Of a stretch of 64,000 nt of DNA, positions 17,825 to 27,189 are shown in pieces. The notes below the pieces were generated by a model, which was not told the origin of the DNA, searched no databases, and saw only the letters and a program-made list of their open reading frames with translations. The position numbers were made by a program, and so were the translations under genes. This stretch comes from an uncultured Candidatus Saccharibacteria bacterium (GTDB lineage: Bacteria; Patescibacteriota; Saccharimonadia; Saccharimonadales; CAIOMD01), in contig OY970318.1 in the NCBI GenBank assembly GCA_963716565.1, forward strand, positions 830-64,829, written 5' to 3'. Within the stretch, counting starts at the first letter, position 1; every line of letters starts with the position of its first letter.

Positions 17825-19020
17825 AACTGGCATTTTTACTAAGAATGGCTTTTAAGAATCTGCTGGGCCACAAGATGCGAACCCTTTTAACGATTTTTGG
17901 TGTAGCTATTAGCATTGGCTTTGTTTGTTTTTTGCTGGCCTTTGGTTATGGTTTACAAAAAATAGCTACCGATCAAATTGCTAATGGTGATAGTTTAAAA
18001 ATGTTAGATGTTACCATTGGTTCTTCTAGAGTGGTTAATTTAGACCAAGACACCATAAATAAAATTTATAGTTTTGATGAGGTAGCCCATGTTTATCCGC
18101 GGGTAGCCGTAGCCAGCGACATCCAATATGAAAGTTCAAAAATTGATAGCGTAGCCTACGGTCTAAACACCGACTTGCTGGGTATAGTCAAACCCAATAT
18201 TTCTAGTGGCCAATCCTATATTCAGGATGATGTTAATAAAGTACTAATTAATGCTACGGTTGCCAGGCAACTAACTACTGCCGAGCCTTCAACTTTAATT
18301 GGTAAAGAAATTACCATTCGGCTAGTTTTAAGAGCCGAGTTATTTTCGGATGAGGCCGCTAAGTCTACTATAGAATCGGCTAAGTATATTGTTACTGGCA
18401 TTATGGACGAAGGTACGACACCGTATATTTACATCCCGCTCAATGCAATTACCAAATATCAAGTCGATCGTTTTAGCGCTATCAAAGTTGAGCTAAAAGA
18501 TTCCGATTTAGCAGAAAAAGTTAAACCGCAAATTGAGCATTTAGGGTTTAAAGTCGACTCCATTAAAAACACTATCGATCAAGTAGAGCAATTCTTTAGT
18601 GTTTTTCAGGTGATACTGTTAATTATTGGTGCAGTGGCTGTAATTGTGGCAGCGGTTGGCATGTTTAACACTCTAACTATTTCGTTGATGGAAAAGACCA
18701 GGGAAGTTGGCATCATGAAAGTGTTGGGCGCCAAAAAGAAAGACATTGGTCGCATATTCATTGCCGAATCACTGGTGGTCGGTTTACTAGGTTGTACAAT
18801 AGGTATCCTATTTAGCGTACTCGTTGGTAGCATAATTAATTTGTCAATTTCAGCGGCAGCACGTTCTAGTGGTAATGTGTCGGTTACTTTGTTCTACCTG
18901 CCAGTACACTACGTTCTGATTATTGTAGCGGCCGCTATAGTAATTAGCATATTTACTGGTTTGTATCCGTCAAAGCGTGCCGCTAAGATTAATCCGCTAG
19001 ACGCCTTGCGATACGAATAA
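17821..19020 (+). CDS. FtsX/MacB-type ABC permease
   Basis: The layout is TM1, a ~230-aa extracytoplasmic domain, then three C-terminal TM segments. The FtsX-like core is MEKTREVGIMKVLGAKKKDI and the tail is YPSKRAAKINPLDALRYE. Confidence 0.85.
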   Translation: MKLAFLLRMAFKNLLGHKMRTLLTIFGVAISIGFVCFLLAFGYGLQKIATDQIANGDSLKMLDVTIGSSRVVNLDQDTINKIYSFDEVAHVYPRVAVASDIQYESSKIDSVAYGLNTDLLGIVKPNISSGQSYIQDDVNKVLINATVARQLTTAEPSTLIGKEITIRLVLRAELFSDEAAKSTIESAKYIVTGIMDEGTTPYIYIPLNAITKYQVDRFSAIKVELKDSDLAEKVKPQIEHLGFKVDSIKNTIDQVEQFFSVFQVILLIIGAVAVIVAAVGMFNTLTISLMEKTREVGIMKVLGAKKKDIGRIFIAESLVVGLLGCTIGILFSVLVGSIINLSISAAARSSGNVSVTLFYLPVHYVLIIVAAAIVISIFTGLYPSKRAAKINPLDALRYE

Positions 19021-19090
19021 AAGCTACATTATCACTCACTAACAGGGGTTTTTGCTATACTAATTGTGGCCTACTTCTTTAGGCCAAACA

Positions 19091-20323
19091 ATGGAACTGC
19101 TTAAAAGAACAAAGCGGATTGATGGTGTTACCCATAGTTTTGTTTTGGGTGTATTCAGCGTGGTGTTTGTTTTTATATTTTTGGCAACCAGTTTTGTAGT
19201 CGCCAATGGGCAAACTATGGGGCCCAATGACAGGCACGTAGTTAACTTATATCTTGATGGTCAAACCACAACCATTCCAACCAGAGCGACTAATGTTAAA
19301 GATTTTTTAGAAAAAACAGACATTACCCTGAACGAAGCCGACCTTGTAGAGCCGGGCCTTTATTCGCCAATCACCGAAGACAATTTTAATATTCAGGTTT
19401 ATCGAGCTCGACCGATATCGATAATCGATGGCTCGGTTATTAAGCGTGTTTTAACGCCACATACTAGTGCTAAATTGGTTGTAGAGCAAGCCGGCTTTAC
19501 AGTTTACCCAGAAGATAACTTAACGTTTACAACTAGCACAGATTACGTAAAAGATATGATTTTGGGCGAGAGGCTTATAATCGATCGAGCTACGCCAGTA
19601 AGCTTTAGTTTATATGGCGCGCCAGTAGCTACTTATCGCACTCAAGCCGAAACGGTTAATGGATTTTTGCAAGAACGAGGGATTACGCTAGAAGAAGGCG
19701 CTACCGTAGTGCCGAGCCTAGATACTCCCATTATCGCCAACGCGGCTATCTATATATCGAAGTATGGCAAAACTGTAACTACGGTTGAAGAACCGGTGCA
19801 GTTCGACATTGAGTCTACGCCAGATCCTACCCAGGCTAATGGTGTAGTAACTATTATTAAACCTGGCGTAATGGGCAAAAAACAGGTTGTGTACGAACTT
19901 ATGTTGAACGGTAGCACAGAAACTAGCCGAACAAAGATACAGGAAGTAATTACTGTATTACCCCAAAAGCAGCAACAAACAATAGGTACAAAACCAAGTA
20001 GCGGCCTAACTCAATCAAAGGGAGTAAATATCTTTACCGATAGCAAGGGCGTGACGCATCGCGAAACTTACTACGACCTGCCGATGGGTAATGTTATGCA
20101 AAATTGCGAGCAAGCTGGTTTTTATACGGTTCGTGGCGATGGGGCAAAAGTAGACAGAGACGGATACGTTATAGTTGCCGCCAACCTAAACATCTATCCA
20201 CGTTGCTCGATAGTAGAAACAAGTATTGGGCTCGGCAAAGTTTACGACACAGGTAGCTTTGCCTTAATGCATCCTTATGGTTTTGATCTTGCAACTGACT
20301 GGTCTAGAGAAGATGGGATATAG
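19091..20323 (+). CDS. YabE/RpfB-like cell-wall protein (DUF348 repeats, G5 domain, C-terminal 3D/MltA-like domain)
   Basis: There is a TM segment followed by DUF348-like repeats (V.LY.DGQ...I.T.A.NV.DFL). A G5-like segment is present (TTVEEPVQFDIES...GKKQVVYEL). The 3D-like C-terminus reads GYVIVAAN...GKVYDTGSF. The ATG at 19091 is preferred over the TTG at 19064. Confidence 0.7.
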   Translation: MELLKRTKRIDGVTHSFVLGVFSVVFVFIFLATSFVVANGQTMGPNDRHVVNLYLDGQTTTIPTRATNVKDFLEKTDITLNEADLVEPGLYSPITEDNFNIQVYRARPISIIDGSVIKRVLTPHTSAKLVVEQAGFTVYPEDNLTFTTSTDYVKDMILGERLIIDRATPVSFSLYGAPVATYRTQAETVNGFLQERGITLEEGATVVPSLDTPIIANAAIYISKYGKTVTTVEEPVQFDIESTPDPTQANGVVTIIKPGVMGKKQVVYELMLNGSTETSRTKIQEVITVLPQKQQQTIGTKPSSGLTQSKGVNIFTDSKGVTHRETYYDLPMGNVMQNCEQAGFYTVRGDGAKVDRDGYVIVAANLNIYPRCSIVETSIGLGKVYDTGSFALMHPYGFDLATDWSREDGI

Positions 20324-21095
20324 AATCATTCCAAATAAAGCGCTGGGCCAGCACTGGCTTAACGACAAAGAAGCCCTTGACGCCATTGTGGCGGCCGGGC
20401 AGGTTAAAGCTGGCGACAATATTTTAGAAATTGGGCCGGGGCAGGGGGCTCTAACCGATGTTTTGCTGCAAAAAAGAGCACAAATAACGGCTGTGGAATA
20501 TGACTCAGAATTGGCCAGGGAATTAACAAAAAAATATCAAGACAACCCGGCAATTAAAATATTTAGCCAAGATATTAGGAGCTATAACTTTAACGACATG
20601 CCGAGTGGCTATAAAATTGTCGCCAACATCCCCTACTACCTGACTTCCCTGCTGATTAGACAAATTTGCGAAGCAGCTAATCCGCCGGCAATTGCCGTTT
20701 TATTGGTGCAGAAAGAAGTAGCCGAAAGGGTTTGTGCGAGTCCTGGCGAAATGTCTATTTTAAGCGTTTCTGCTCAAACTTATTTTGAGACGTCTTTGGG
20801 TCGAGTAGTAAGGGCCGATTTGTTCATACCGCCACCCAAAGTTGATTCCCAAATTTTAATTTTAAAAAGGCGAGCTGAGTCATTGGTTGATGAGCAAAAT
20901 TCTAAACAATTTTTTAGAATCGTTAAAGCTGGTTTTAGCGAACGGCGTAAAAAATTACGCAGCTCGCTTAGCGGGGGCTTAGGCATTAGTAAGTCCGAAG
21001 CCGAAAATCTACTGAACAAAGCAGGCATTAATCCAGACTTGCGTGCTCAAAACCTGAGCCTAGAAGACTGGCTAAATTTAGCCAGTCTAATCTAA
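20313..21095 (+). CDS. rsmA: 16S rRNA (adenine1518/1519-N6)-dimethyltransferase
   Basis: Motifs are NKALGQHWL and the SAM-binding ILEIGPGQGALT, plus IVANIPYY and FSERRKKL. The real start is probably ATG 20313, overlapping the previous stop. Confidence 0.9.
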   Translation: MGYRIIPNKALGQHWLNDKEALDAIVAAGQVKAGDNILEIGPGQGALTDVLLQKRAQITAVEYDSELARELTKKYQDNPAIKIFSQDIRSYNFNDMPSGYKIVANIPYYLTSLLIRQICEAANPPAIAVLLVQKEVAERVCASPGEMSILSVSAQTYFETSLGRVVRADLFIPPPKVDSQILILKRRAESLVDEQNSKQFFRIVKAGFSERRKKLRSSLSGGLGISKSEAENLLNKAGINPDLRAQNLSLEDWLNLASLI

Positions 21096-21109
21096 CTACT
21101 TCACCAAAA

Positions 21110-22315
21110 TTACTGGGCTATGAAGGTAAGGGCGCGGCCGGTTTTGCCAGCGCGGCCAGTACGACCAATGCGGTGAATATAATCGTCGTAAGTTTTTGGT
21201 ACGGAGTAGTTTATTACGTGAGTAATATCGCTAACATCAATGCCTCTGGCAGCAACGTCGGTAGCTACTAGAATGTTGATTTCGTCTTGCTTAAATCGAT
21301 TTAAGGCTCGCTGGCGTTGGCCTTGGCTCTTGTTGCCATGAATGGCATCGGTCTTAAAACCGCGGATGCTTAACTCTTTGTTGAGTCGCTCTACGCCATG
21401 CTTGGTTTCGTCAAAGACTAAAGTCTTTTTAGTATCGGCATGAATTAGCAAATCATGTAACTTTTCGATTTTTTCTTGGCTACCACCGTATCTAATGACA
21501 TCTTGGTGTACGTTGTCGCAGGTGTCGCCACTTTTTACGGTAATCATTAGAGGGTCTCTAGAAAAAGTCTTAATTAGATCATGTACTCGGTGGTCTAATG
21601 TAGCCGAAAAGAATAACGACTGACGATTGTCGGCTAGTTTACCTAAAATGCTGCGAACGTCGTTAACAAAACCCATGTCTAGCATACGGTCAACTTCGTC
21701 TAGTATGACAATGTTAAAGTCAGACAGGCTTAGGCTGCGGCGTTCTAGGTGGTCTTTTATGCGGCCGGGTGTGCCAATAACAATGTTGGGGCGGGCACGC
21801 AAGTCGCGCAATTGTGGGCCCATAGGGCTACCGCCAATTAAAACTGCTCCGCAAATGTCGCTGCCTCTGGCAATAACGCGGCACTCGGCCTCGATTTGCT
21901 GAGCTAGCTCCCTAGTTGGGGCAATAATTAACACCTTAGAACGCGGTTCGTTTATTAAACGATTTAAGGCCGGTATAGCAAAAGCGGCCGTTTTACCGGT
22001 GCCAGTGTTGGCAATGCCGATAATATCTTTGCCACTTAATACTTCGGGAATAGTTTTATCCTGAATTGGGGTTGGTGATACATAGCCGTTTTTAGCAAGG
22101 TTGTCTTTAATCAATTTGTCGACGTTAAAATCGCTAAATTGGTTTAGTGGAGCATACTCCAAAACATCAACTACCTTGGCAGCCTTTATAAATTTAGCAG
22201 GGTCAATGTATTGACCGTGTCTAGATTGGTTAGCCCGATTTGGCCTAGAATAATTCTGGCTTCGGCGCGCGTTGGCAGACGAGAAACTTCTCGTCTTATT
22301 TCTGTAATAAGACAT
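21110..22315 (-). CDS. DEAD-box ATP-dependent RNA helicase
   Basis: The Q-motif region reads PTPIQ. Motif I is ANTGTGKTAAF, motif II is DEVD (a DEAD variant), motif III is SAT and motif VI is HRIGRTGRAG. Confidence 0.9.
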   Translation of the reverse strand: MSYYRNKTRSFSSANARRSQNYSRPNRANQSRHGQYIDPAKFIKAAKVVDVLEYAPLNQFSDFNVDKLIKDNLAKNGYVSPTPIQDKTIPEVLSGKDIIGIANTGTGKTAAFAIPALNRLINEPRSKVLIIAPTRELAQQIEAECRVIARGSDICGAVLIGGSPMGPQLRDLRARPNIVIGTPGRIKDHLERRSLSLSDFNIVILDEVDRMLDMGFVNDVRSILGKLADNRQSLFFSATLDHRVHDLIKTFSRDPLMITVKSGDTCDNVHQDVIRYGGSQEKIEKLHDLLIHADTKKTLVFDETKHGVERLNKELSIRGFKTDAIHGNKSQGQRQRALNRFKQDEINILVATDVAARGIDVSDITHVINYSVPKTYDDYIHRIGRTGRAGKTGRALTFIAQ

Positions 22316-22511
22316 AAAAAATAATCCTTTGTTGTTTAAATTTATTTACTCTAATTGTCGGTAATGAAATCGAGTAAATATTTGCTTAAACAAACCCGGA
22401 TCATTAATTAACAATATGTATACATTAGCACAATAAAAATAGTATGTCAAACCAATATTTTAGGCATTTAGCCCCTATAGGCGCATAATATATAGGAATT
22501 GAGGTTTGAAT

Positions 22512-22757
22512 ATGGCCAAAGATAGGCATTTGGATTATATGCAAGAAGAAGAAATCATTGCCGCGTTAAAAGATATGGTGTTAGACCCGGGAATGATTAC
22601 AAAACCTAGCTTTAGAGCTAATACTTTGCTGTGGCCAGACAATAAAATACCCTTTACGGAGGCTCACTTAGCCTATTTAAAGAACCATCCAGATATTGAC
22701 CCCAAACATTATTTGTCTAATTTACGCCTAATGATCCGCAAAAAGACTTATTGCTAA
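22512..22757 (+). CDS. Hypothetical protein (81 aa)
   Basis: The ORF has a GAGG upstream of ATG 22512. No motif was recognised. Confidence 0.45.
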   Translation: MAKDRHLDYMQEEEIIAALKDMVLDPGMITKPSFRANTLLWPDNKIPFTEAHLAYLKNHPDIDPKHYLSNLRLMIRKKTYC

Positions 22758-22770
22758 ATCGGTTATTGAT

Positions 22771-23184
22771 TTATTCTTGATTGGTACGATATAGCCCAAC
22801 TGGGGTTCTAGCTATCAAACCTTGGCTTTGGAGCCTAAGAAGCCGATTCTGGATCTGACCATATTGGAGGCTAGTTAAAGGTGCTCCGTCATTGATGATA
22901 AGAATGTAAGAATTAATAGTGGTTAAATTGGCTAGATCTTTACCGATGGGCCTTAGCAATTCGGTGTCGGTTATAAGTTCTTCATCGCTAAAATCAGTAT
23001 CAGTATATTTTTCTGGGCCAACATATTCTGGTTTGAGGTGCTGTGATTCTGGTAATGGGTTTTTGGAAGTTACAGCTAAGTTATCTGCTTTTGCGATTTT
23101 TCTCGCCGTAATTTTTTGGCCAATTATAGCAGCTATCTCTTCTCTAGAATGTCGGGTCGTGACCGGTGCTTCAGGTGATGTCAT
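22771..23184 (-). CDS. Hypothetical protein (137 aa)
   Basis: This ORF is convergent with 22512-22757. No motif was recognised. Confidence 0.45.
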   Translation of the reverse strand: MTSPEAPVTTRHSREEIAAIIGQKITARKIAKADNLAVTSKNPLPESQHLKPEYVGPEKYTDTDFSDEELITDTELLRPIGKDLANLTTINSYILIINDGAPLTSLQYGQIQNRLLRLQSQGLIARTPVGLYRTNQE

Positions 23185-23383
23185 GATATTCCCCTTACGC
23201 GCCCACTACTTAAAGAGTGTAGCACCATAATTTAACGATGCAAGCATAAGAGTCATATCGCCAAAGCCAGGCTTGACGGCTATTAACAAAACGTAAGTAC
23301 TATGGTATAATATGACCTCAGTCGCAGAAGGTAATTGTTTTGCGATTGAGAGGTATTTACAGGCCAAGAATGGCTTGCAACGC

Positions 23384-23770
23384 GGGACTGACTTTAGCTC
23401 GACGTTGAATATTAACAATTTATGCATGCAAGCCGGTTTGTGCACCGTTACCGTACTACAATAAGTAGATGGCAAAAACTTTCTACAGCGTGTAGCTAGC
23501 ATGTTTTCCATGCCAGCTTACGCACCAGCCCTAGTTTAATCTAAGGCGATTGCTTGGTTTGATGCCAGGTAGAACCAAAGCAGTCTCATATTTTCTGGCT
23601 GCCAATCTTGAGCACCGTTTGAGCTCATTTTTGTAAGCTTTTCGAACTGCGGCTAATAGTTTTTTGTCTGTTTTATAACTAGTAGCCTAAGACACCCCAA
23701 ACAGAATAAGCTTGTAGAGGCATGAGTTGTTGTTCGACGGACCCGGGTGCGATTCCCGGCAGTTCCACCA
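23384..23770 (+). ncRNA. ssrA: tmRNA (SsrA)
   Basis: The 5' end GGGACTGACTTTAGCTCGACG resembles the canonical GGGGCUGAUUCUGGAUUCGACG. At the 3' end the T-arm is CCGGG-tgcgatt-CCCGG, followed by CAGTTCC-A-CCA. The 7-bp acceptor stem pairs 23384-23390 with 23760-23766 and includes a G3:U70 pair. A candidate tag ORF GGC AAA AAC ... GCC CTA GTT TAA runs 23470-23538. Its reading frame is tentative. Confidence 0.85.
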
Positions 23771-23776
23771 CGTAAA

Positions 23777-23819
23777 ATTATCTAAAAAGGGACCCCTGAT
23801 GGGTCTCTTTTTAGATAAT
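23777..23819. terminator. Long AT-flanked hairpin / bidirectional intrinsic terminator after tmRNA
   Basis: The sequence is ATTATCTAAAAAGGGACCC-ctgat-GGGTCTCTTTTTAGATAAT. The pairing extends outward to CACGT (23769-23773) with ACGTG (23821-25). Confidence 0.7.
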
Positions 23820-23889
23820 CACGTGGCGCAGCCACAATTTTACGTGCCCCGTGGCGAATATATGAGCTTTACGGGGCTATAATACTAAC

Positions 23890-24156
23890 ATGAAGGGTCA
23901 TTTTGTCTACATATTGGAATCGGAAATCGATAGTTCTTGGTATATAGGTTATTCTCAAGATGTAAAACAGAGACTCTTAGCGCATAATTCTGGCAAGAAC
24001 GTGTCTACAAAACTAAAGAAACCGTGGCGGTTAATTTATTTTGAGGGCTATCTTAATAAGAGTGACGCGTTAGGCAGAGAAGAATTTTTAAAATCAGGTA
24101 GCGGACACAGGTTCATTCGCAAGCAAATTTGTCACTATTTGCTAGAAAAGAATTGA
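23890..24156 (+). CDS. GIY-YIG nuclease-family small protein
   Basis: The sequence FVYILESEIDSSWYIGYSQDVKQRLLAHNSG fits the GIY...YIG motif, followed by ...R...E. Confidence 0.75.
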   Translation: MKGHFVYILESEIDSSWYIGYSQDVKQRLLAHNSGKNVSTKLKKPWRLIYFEGYLNKSDALGREEFLKSGSGHRFIRKQICHYLLEKN

Positions 24157-24281
24157 TTGGTTTGCAAAACTTGGGGATGGAGTTTTTTTGTTTGACTAGG
24201 GGTTGTAGGGCTTTTAGCATTAGCATTTATTGGCGTTCAGCGCTATAGTATTTCTTAGAATTAACCAAGGTAAATTAATCT

Positions 24282-26180
24282 ATGGAAAACGACAACAAGC
24301 AACCCAAGGCCGAAGAATCTTTGAACGAGGAACCATCAAAAAATCAAGATGATAAAACGGAAAACGCCGAAACTTTGCCATCACCAGAGGCGGAAGCTAA
24401 AACATCCGAAAGCCCAAACCTAGAGACTGCAGAATCAAAGCCAGTTGTAGGCAGGGTCAAAAAAAGTCACAAAAAACTAGTTGCCATTATCTTAGTGGTA
24501 ATTCTTATTTTAGCCGCTGGTGGTGCTTCGGCTTATTTCTTCTATTTTCAAGATAAGTGGAACAACAATGACCAGCAAGGCGAGGGTAATAACAACCAGC
24601 AGGAACCAACCGTTACTCCAAGTGCCGAAGAACTAGATCCGCTACTGGCTAAGTTAATTAATCCAACTACCGGCGAAGTCTGGCTTAATCCAATCGTGCC
24701 CATAGAAAAGCAAGGCTATTTTACTGACAATGATGGAGACGGCTACAGTTCCGAAGATTATACCGACTATTACCAAGTTGGTACTCGGGGCGACAACACA
24801 ATTATAATGACGAGCGGCTCAGCTATGGGGCCTGGTGACAATCTGCAACTATTCGAAAGACAGCCCAGTGGCCAAGTTACCTTTGTTATTCATCCCAGCG
24901 CTAACGCAACCTATAACGAAGACTACGAAAGTTATACTACCGCCGAGCTAAGAGACAACATTTTAGTAGATCAAGCTATCCACTATGATTCACTGACCGT
25001 TCCAGACCAGATTACCTTGGATAGCGAAGCAAATATTGTACGCAAGCCGGTGTATCCTACGATTGGCAATATTTATGTTGCACCTACTCCGAATTATCCG
25101 CGGGTAGAAACTGTTATTAGGCAACTGGGTCAGGGCCAAATAGTTAAGAGCGAATACAGCAGCGTAGATACGGACTTAACATCAATTTATTATTTCTTAA
25201 AAACTGCCCTTAACACCTCTATCACTTTAGTTTATCAACCACTCGATACCGATTTGAGCCTGTACCAATGGCAAGGTGGCTATAATGGTATCAGTGATAG
25301 CCTCAAATCTATTAACAGAGGATGCGGAGGCTTAATATATAGTTCGGTTGCTAGAAGCGACGCCTTAACTGATGCGGATGTAGCAGTAGCTGGCGAATCC
25401 GGTCAGGGTTTAACCGTTTATAAAATTACTAATCTCGATAACCCTCTTGTGCTTAAAGCCTATCAAGAATTTCAGGAATCTGGTGGAAGCAGCGCTCAAT
25501 CCGAAATGTATGCGGATATTTCTAAAGACGATTTTGTTAACCAGCAGCACGCTTTAGTCGTATTTAAAGATAACTACAACCAATGGCTAGTATATATCCG
25601 TGAAACCTTTTCGCCGCCTGTCGGTTGCGCTAAACCGGTAGTTTATTTGTATCCAACGGTTAATCAGCAGGTTGCGGTTAAGGTTGGTGCCGACGTTAAG
25701 TTATCAGATCCACTGTATGATGTTCAAAAAGGCTGGCTGGCATATGCCAAAACCAATGGTCAGCTAACGGTTAATGGCCAGCAATTTAACTCTTTATTCT
25801 GGGAGGGTCTGGGCTATGGAGCTTATCCGGCGGTAACATCTGGCACAGTGGTAAGGCAGGCTGACGCTGTAAAAACAATTCGCTGGCAATTGGCTCAGCA
25901 AGGTTTGAACAATCAAGAAATTGCCGACTTTATGGATTATTGGAAAGACAAACTGCCAAGCAACCCTTACATAAGAATAACTTGGCTTAACACGGCGCAA
26001 ATGGATGTACTAGCACCGCTATATATTGCACCCAAGCCAGATACAGTAATCCGCGTGTTCTTAGATGCCGAAGGGCTGAACGAGCCAATCGATTTACCAG
26101 CCCAAGACTTAAAGCCAGCGATGCGATTGGGCTTTACGGTTGTTGAGTGGGGTGGTTTGGCCAACGGCCTGTTCCGGTAG
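24282..26180 (+). CDS. Membrane-anchored hypothetical protein (632 aa)
   Basis: The N-terminus is an acidic low-complexity region, followed by one TM segment (LVAIILVVILILAAGGASAYFFYF) and a large extracytoplasmic region. No motif was recognised. Confidence 0.6.
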   Translation: MENDNKQPKAEESLNEEPSKNQDDKTENAETLPSPEAEAKTSESPNLETAESKPVVGRVKKSHKKLVAIILVVILILAAGGASAYFFYFQDKWNNNDQQGEGNNNQQEPTVTPSAEELDPLLAKLINPTTGEVWLNPIVPIEKQGYFTDNDGDGYSSEDYTDYYQVGTRGDNTIIMTSGSAMGPGDNLQLFERQPSGQVTFVIHPSANATYNEDYESYTTAELRDNILVDQAIHYDSLTVPDQITLDSEANIVRKPVYPTIGNIYVAPTPNYPRVETVIRQLGQGQIVKSEYSSVDTDLTSIYYFLKTALNTSITLVYQPLDTDLSLYQWQGGYNGISDSLKSINRGCGGLIYSSVARSDALTDADVAVAGESGQGLTVYKITNLDNPLVLKAYQEFQESGGSSAQSEMYADISKDDFVNQQHALVVFKDNYNQWLVYIRETFSPPVGCAKPVVYLYPTVNQQVAVKVGADVKLSDPLYDVQKGWLAYAKTNGQLTVNGQQFNSLFWEGLGYGAYPAVTSGTVVRQADAVKTIRWQLAQQGLNNQEIADFMDYWKDKLPSNPYIRITWLNTAQMDVLAPLYIAPKPDTVIRVFLDAEGLNEPIDLPAQDLKPAMRLGFTVVEWGGLANGLFR

Positions 26181-26197
26181 ACCCCATTTAATATTAA

Positions 26198-26229
26198 TTG
26201 ACTATTTTTTAAGAAGTGAGATTATATTG
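26198..26229 (+). promoter_or_regulatory. Candidate sigma70-type promoter for the high-GC islet
   Basis: TTGACT lies at 26198-26203, followed by a 17-nt spacer and ATTATA/TATATT at 26221-26229. Confidence 0.35.
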
Positions 26230-26322
26230 TTGATTCCTTTGTCTGAGGAGGAGTTAGCCCTGGGATTCCCTAGGGCAAATAGTGTCTGTGCAAATCAGCA
26301 TGAACCTTGAGAGGGGAAAAAG

Positions 26323-26505
26323 ATGAAGAAGGTAGAGCGCATCGTAGAGCTGGCCACTGAGGCCAAGAAGCGGGCAGTAGACTTCGCGGGCCGCGTCAGG
26401 GGGCTTCCTGGACCCGCCAAAGTCATCGCTAGCTTTCTGGCTGGAGCGGTGGTTGCAGGAACAGCCGTTCTGCTCAAGGGTCGTTCGCAACAGCCGGCCG
26501 AGTAG
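26323..26505 (+). CDS. Small tail-anchored membrane protein (60 aa), high-GC islet gene 1
   Basis: A GAGGGG sequence precedes the ATG. The C-terminal hydrophobic segment is VIASFLAGAVVAGTAVLL. Confidence 0.5.
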   Translation: MKKVERIVELATEAKKRAVDFAGRVRGLPGPAKVIASFLAGAVVAGTAVLLKGRSQQPAE

Positions 26506-26530
26506 TCTCGCCAAGTCTCTAGGAGGAGAC

Positions 26531-26815
26531 ATGAAAAGAGTGCTTCGGTTTGTAAAGCGGGCAGCCTGGGTAGTGGTCAAGGCGCTGGCCAACGCGATTG
26601 CTATACCGTTGGCTATCGTCGGTTGGCTGGCTTGGCACATCCTTAAGGCGGTGGCTTATATAGTGATCATCTTGATCGCCATGCTGGGGATTGCCATCTG
26701 GTTTACCTGTATGTACTCCAAGGTCGGCATAGCCGAGCTGTGGATACGGATCAGCCCGCACTCCAAATGGGCCACTGAATACTTGGCCGGATGGGAAGAA
26801 GACCTATGCGACTGA
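26531..26815 (+). CDS. Small polytopic membrane protein (94 aa), high-GC islet gene 2
   Basis: A strong AGGAGG lies 5 nt before ATG 26531. The ORF-track start at 26453 is probably too far upstream. There are two to three hydrophobic segments. Confidence 0.55.
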   Translation: MKRVLRFVKRAAWVVVKALANAIAIPLAIVGWLAWHILKAVAYIVIILIAMLGIAIWFTCMYSKVGIAELWIRISPHSKWATEYLAGWEEDLCD

Positions 26816-27078
26816 TAGAGGCAAGTCTGTATGGTATTGCTGTGGCAATCATCATCATGCTTCTAATCAAGCTCGCGGAATCATTCGGCAAGCCCGAGGC
26901 GGAGCCAAACCGGTCCAGCAAAGGCTGGCCCGGCGATGACACGCTATGTGCCGGACGACGATTCCCCGTTCTGGATCCATTAGACGATCCCACGCTCGAG
27001 CTAGACACAGTCTTTCTTGGCGACCTGCCGATTGCCGACAAAGACAACTCAGACGAACAACCCCGACCGCCCATCTAG
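26806..27078 (+). CDS. Small N-terminally anchored protein (90 aa), high-GC islet gene 3
   Basis: ATG 26806 overlaps the end of gene 2. The TM segment is LYGIAVAIIIMLLI and the tail is acidic. Confidence 0.5.
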   Translation: MRLIEASLYGIAVAIIIMLLIKLAESFGKPEAEPNRSSKGWPGDDTLCAGRRFPVLDPLDDPTLELDTVFLGDLPIADKDNSDEQPRPPI

Positions 27079-27103
27079 GGCGCGTCGGGGTTGTCGCCTT
27101 TTT
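27061..27103 (+). terminator. Candidate intrinsic terminator closing the high-GC islet
   Basis: CCCCGAC ... GTCGGGG and GGCG ... CGCC stems are followed by TTTTT (27099-27103). Confidence 0.5.
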
Positions 27104-27189
27104 AGAGACTTTTTTTTATGCCTTGTCAAACAAAACTAAAAAGCTTAAGCTAAAAGATAGGTTCTAAAAAGTAATAAGGAGAATAATTA

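Noticed and set aside
23206-23511. A 101-aa minus-strand ORF.
   Set aside because: It overlaps the 5' third of the tmRNA gene, which has a much stronger identification.
26254-27074. Minus-strand ORFs of 128, 60, 80 and 107 aa, and the longer plus-strand start at 26453, in the high-GC islet.
   Set aside because: High GC suppresses stop codons in all frames. The plus-strand trio has proper SD sequences (AGGAGG and GAGGGG), ATG starts, hydrophobic segments and a shared terminator. The coding strand is still not proven.
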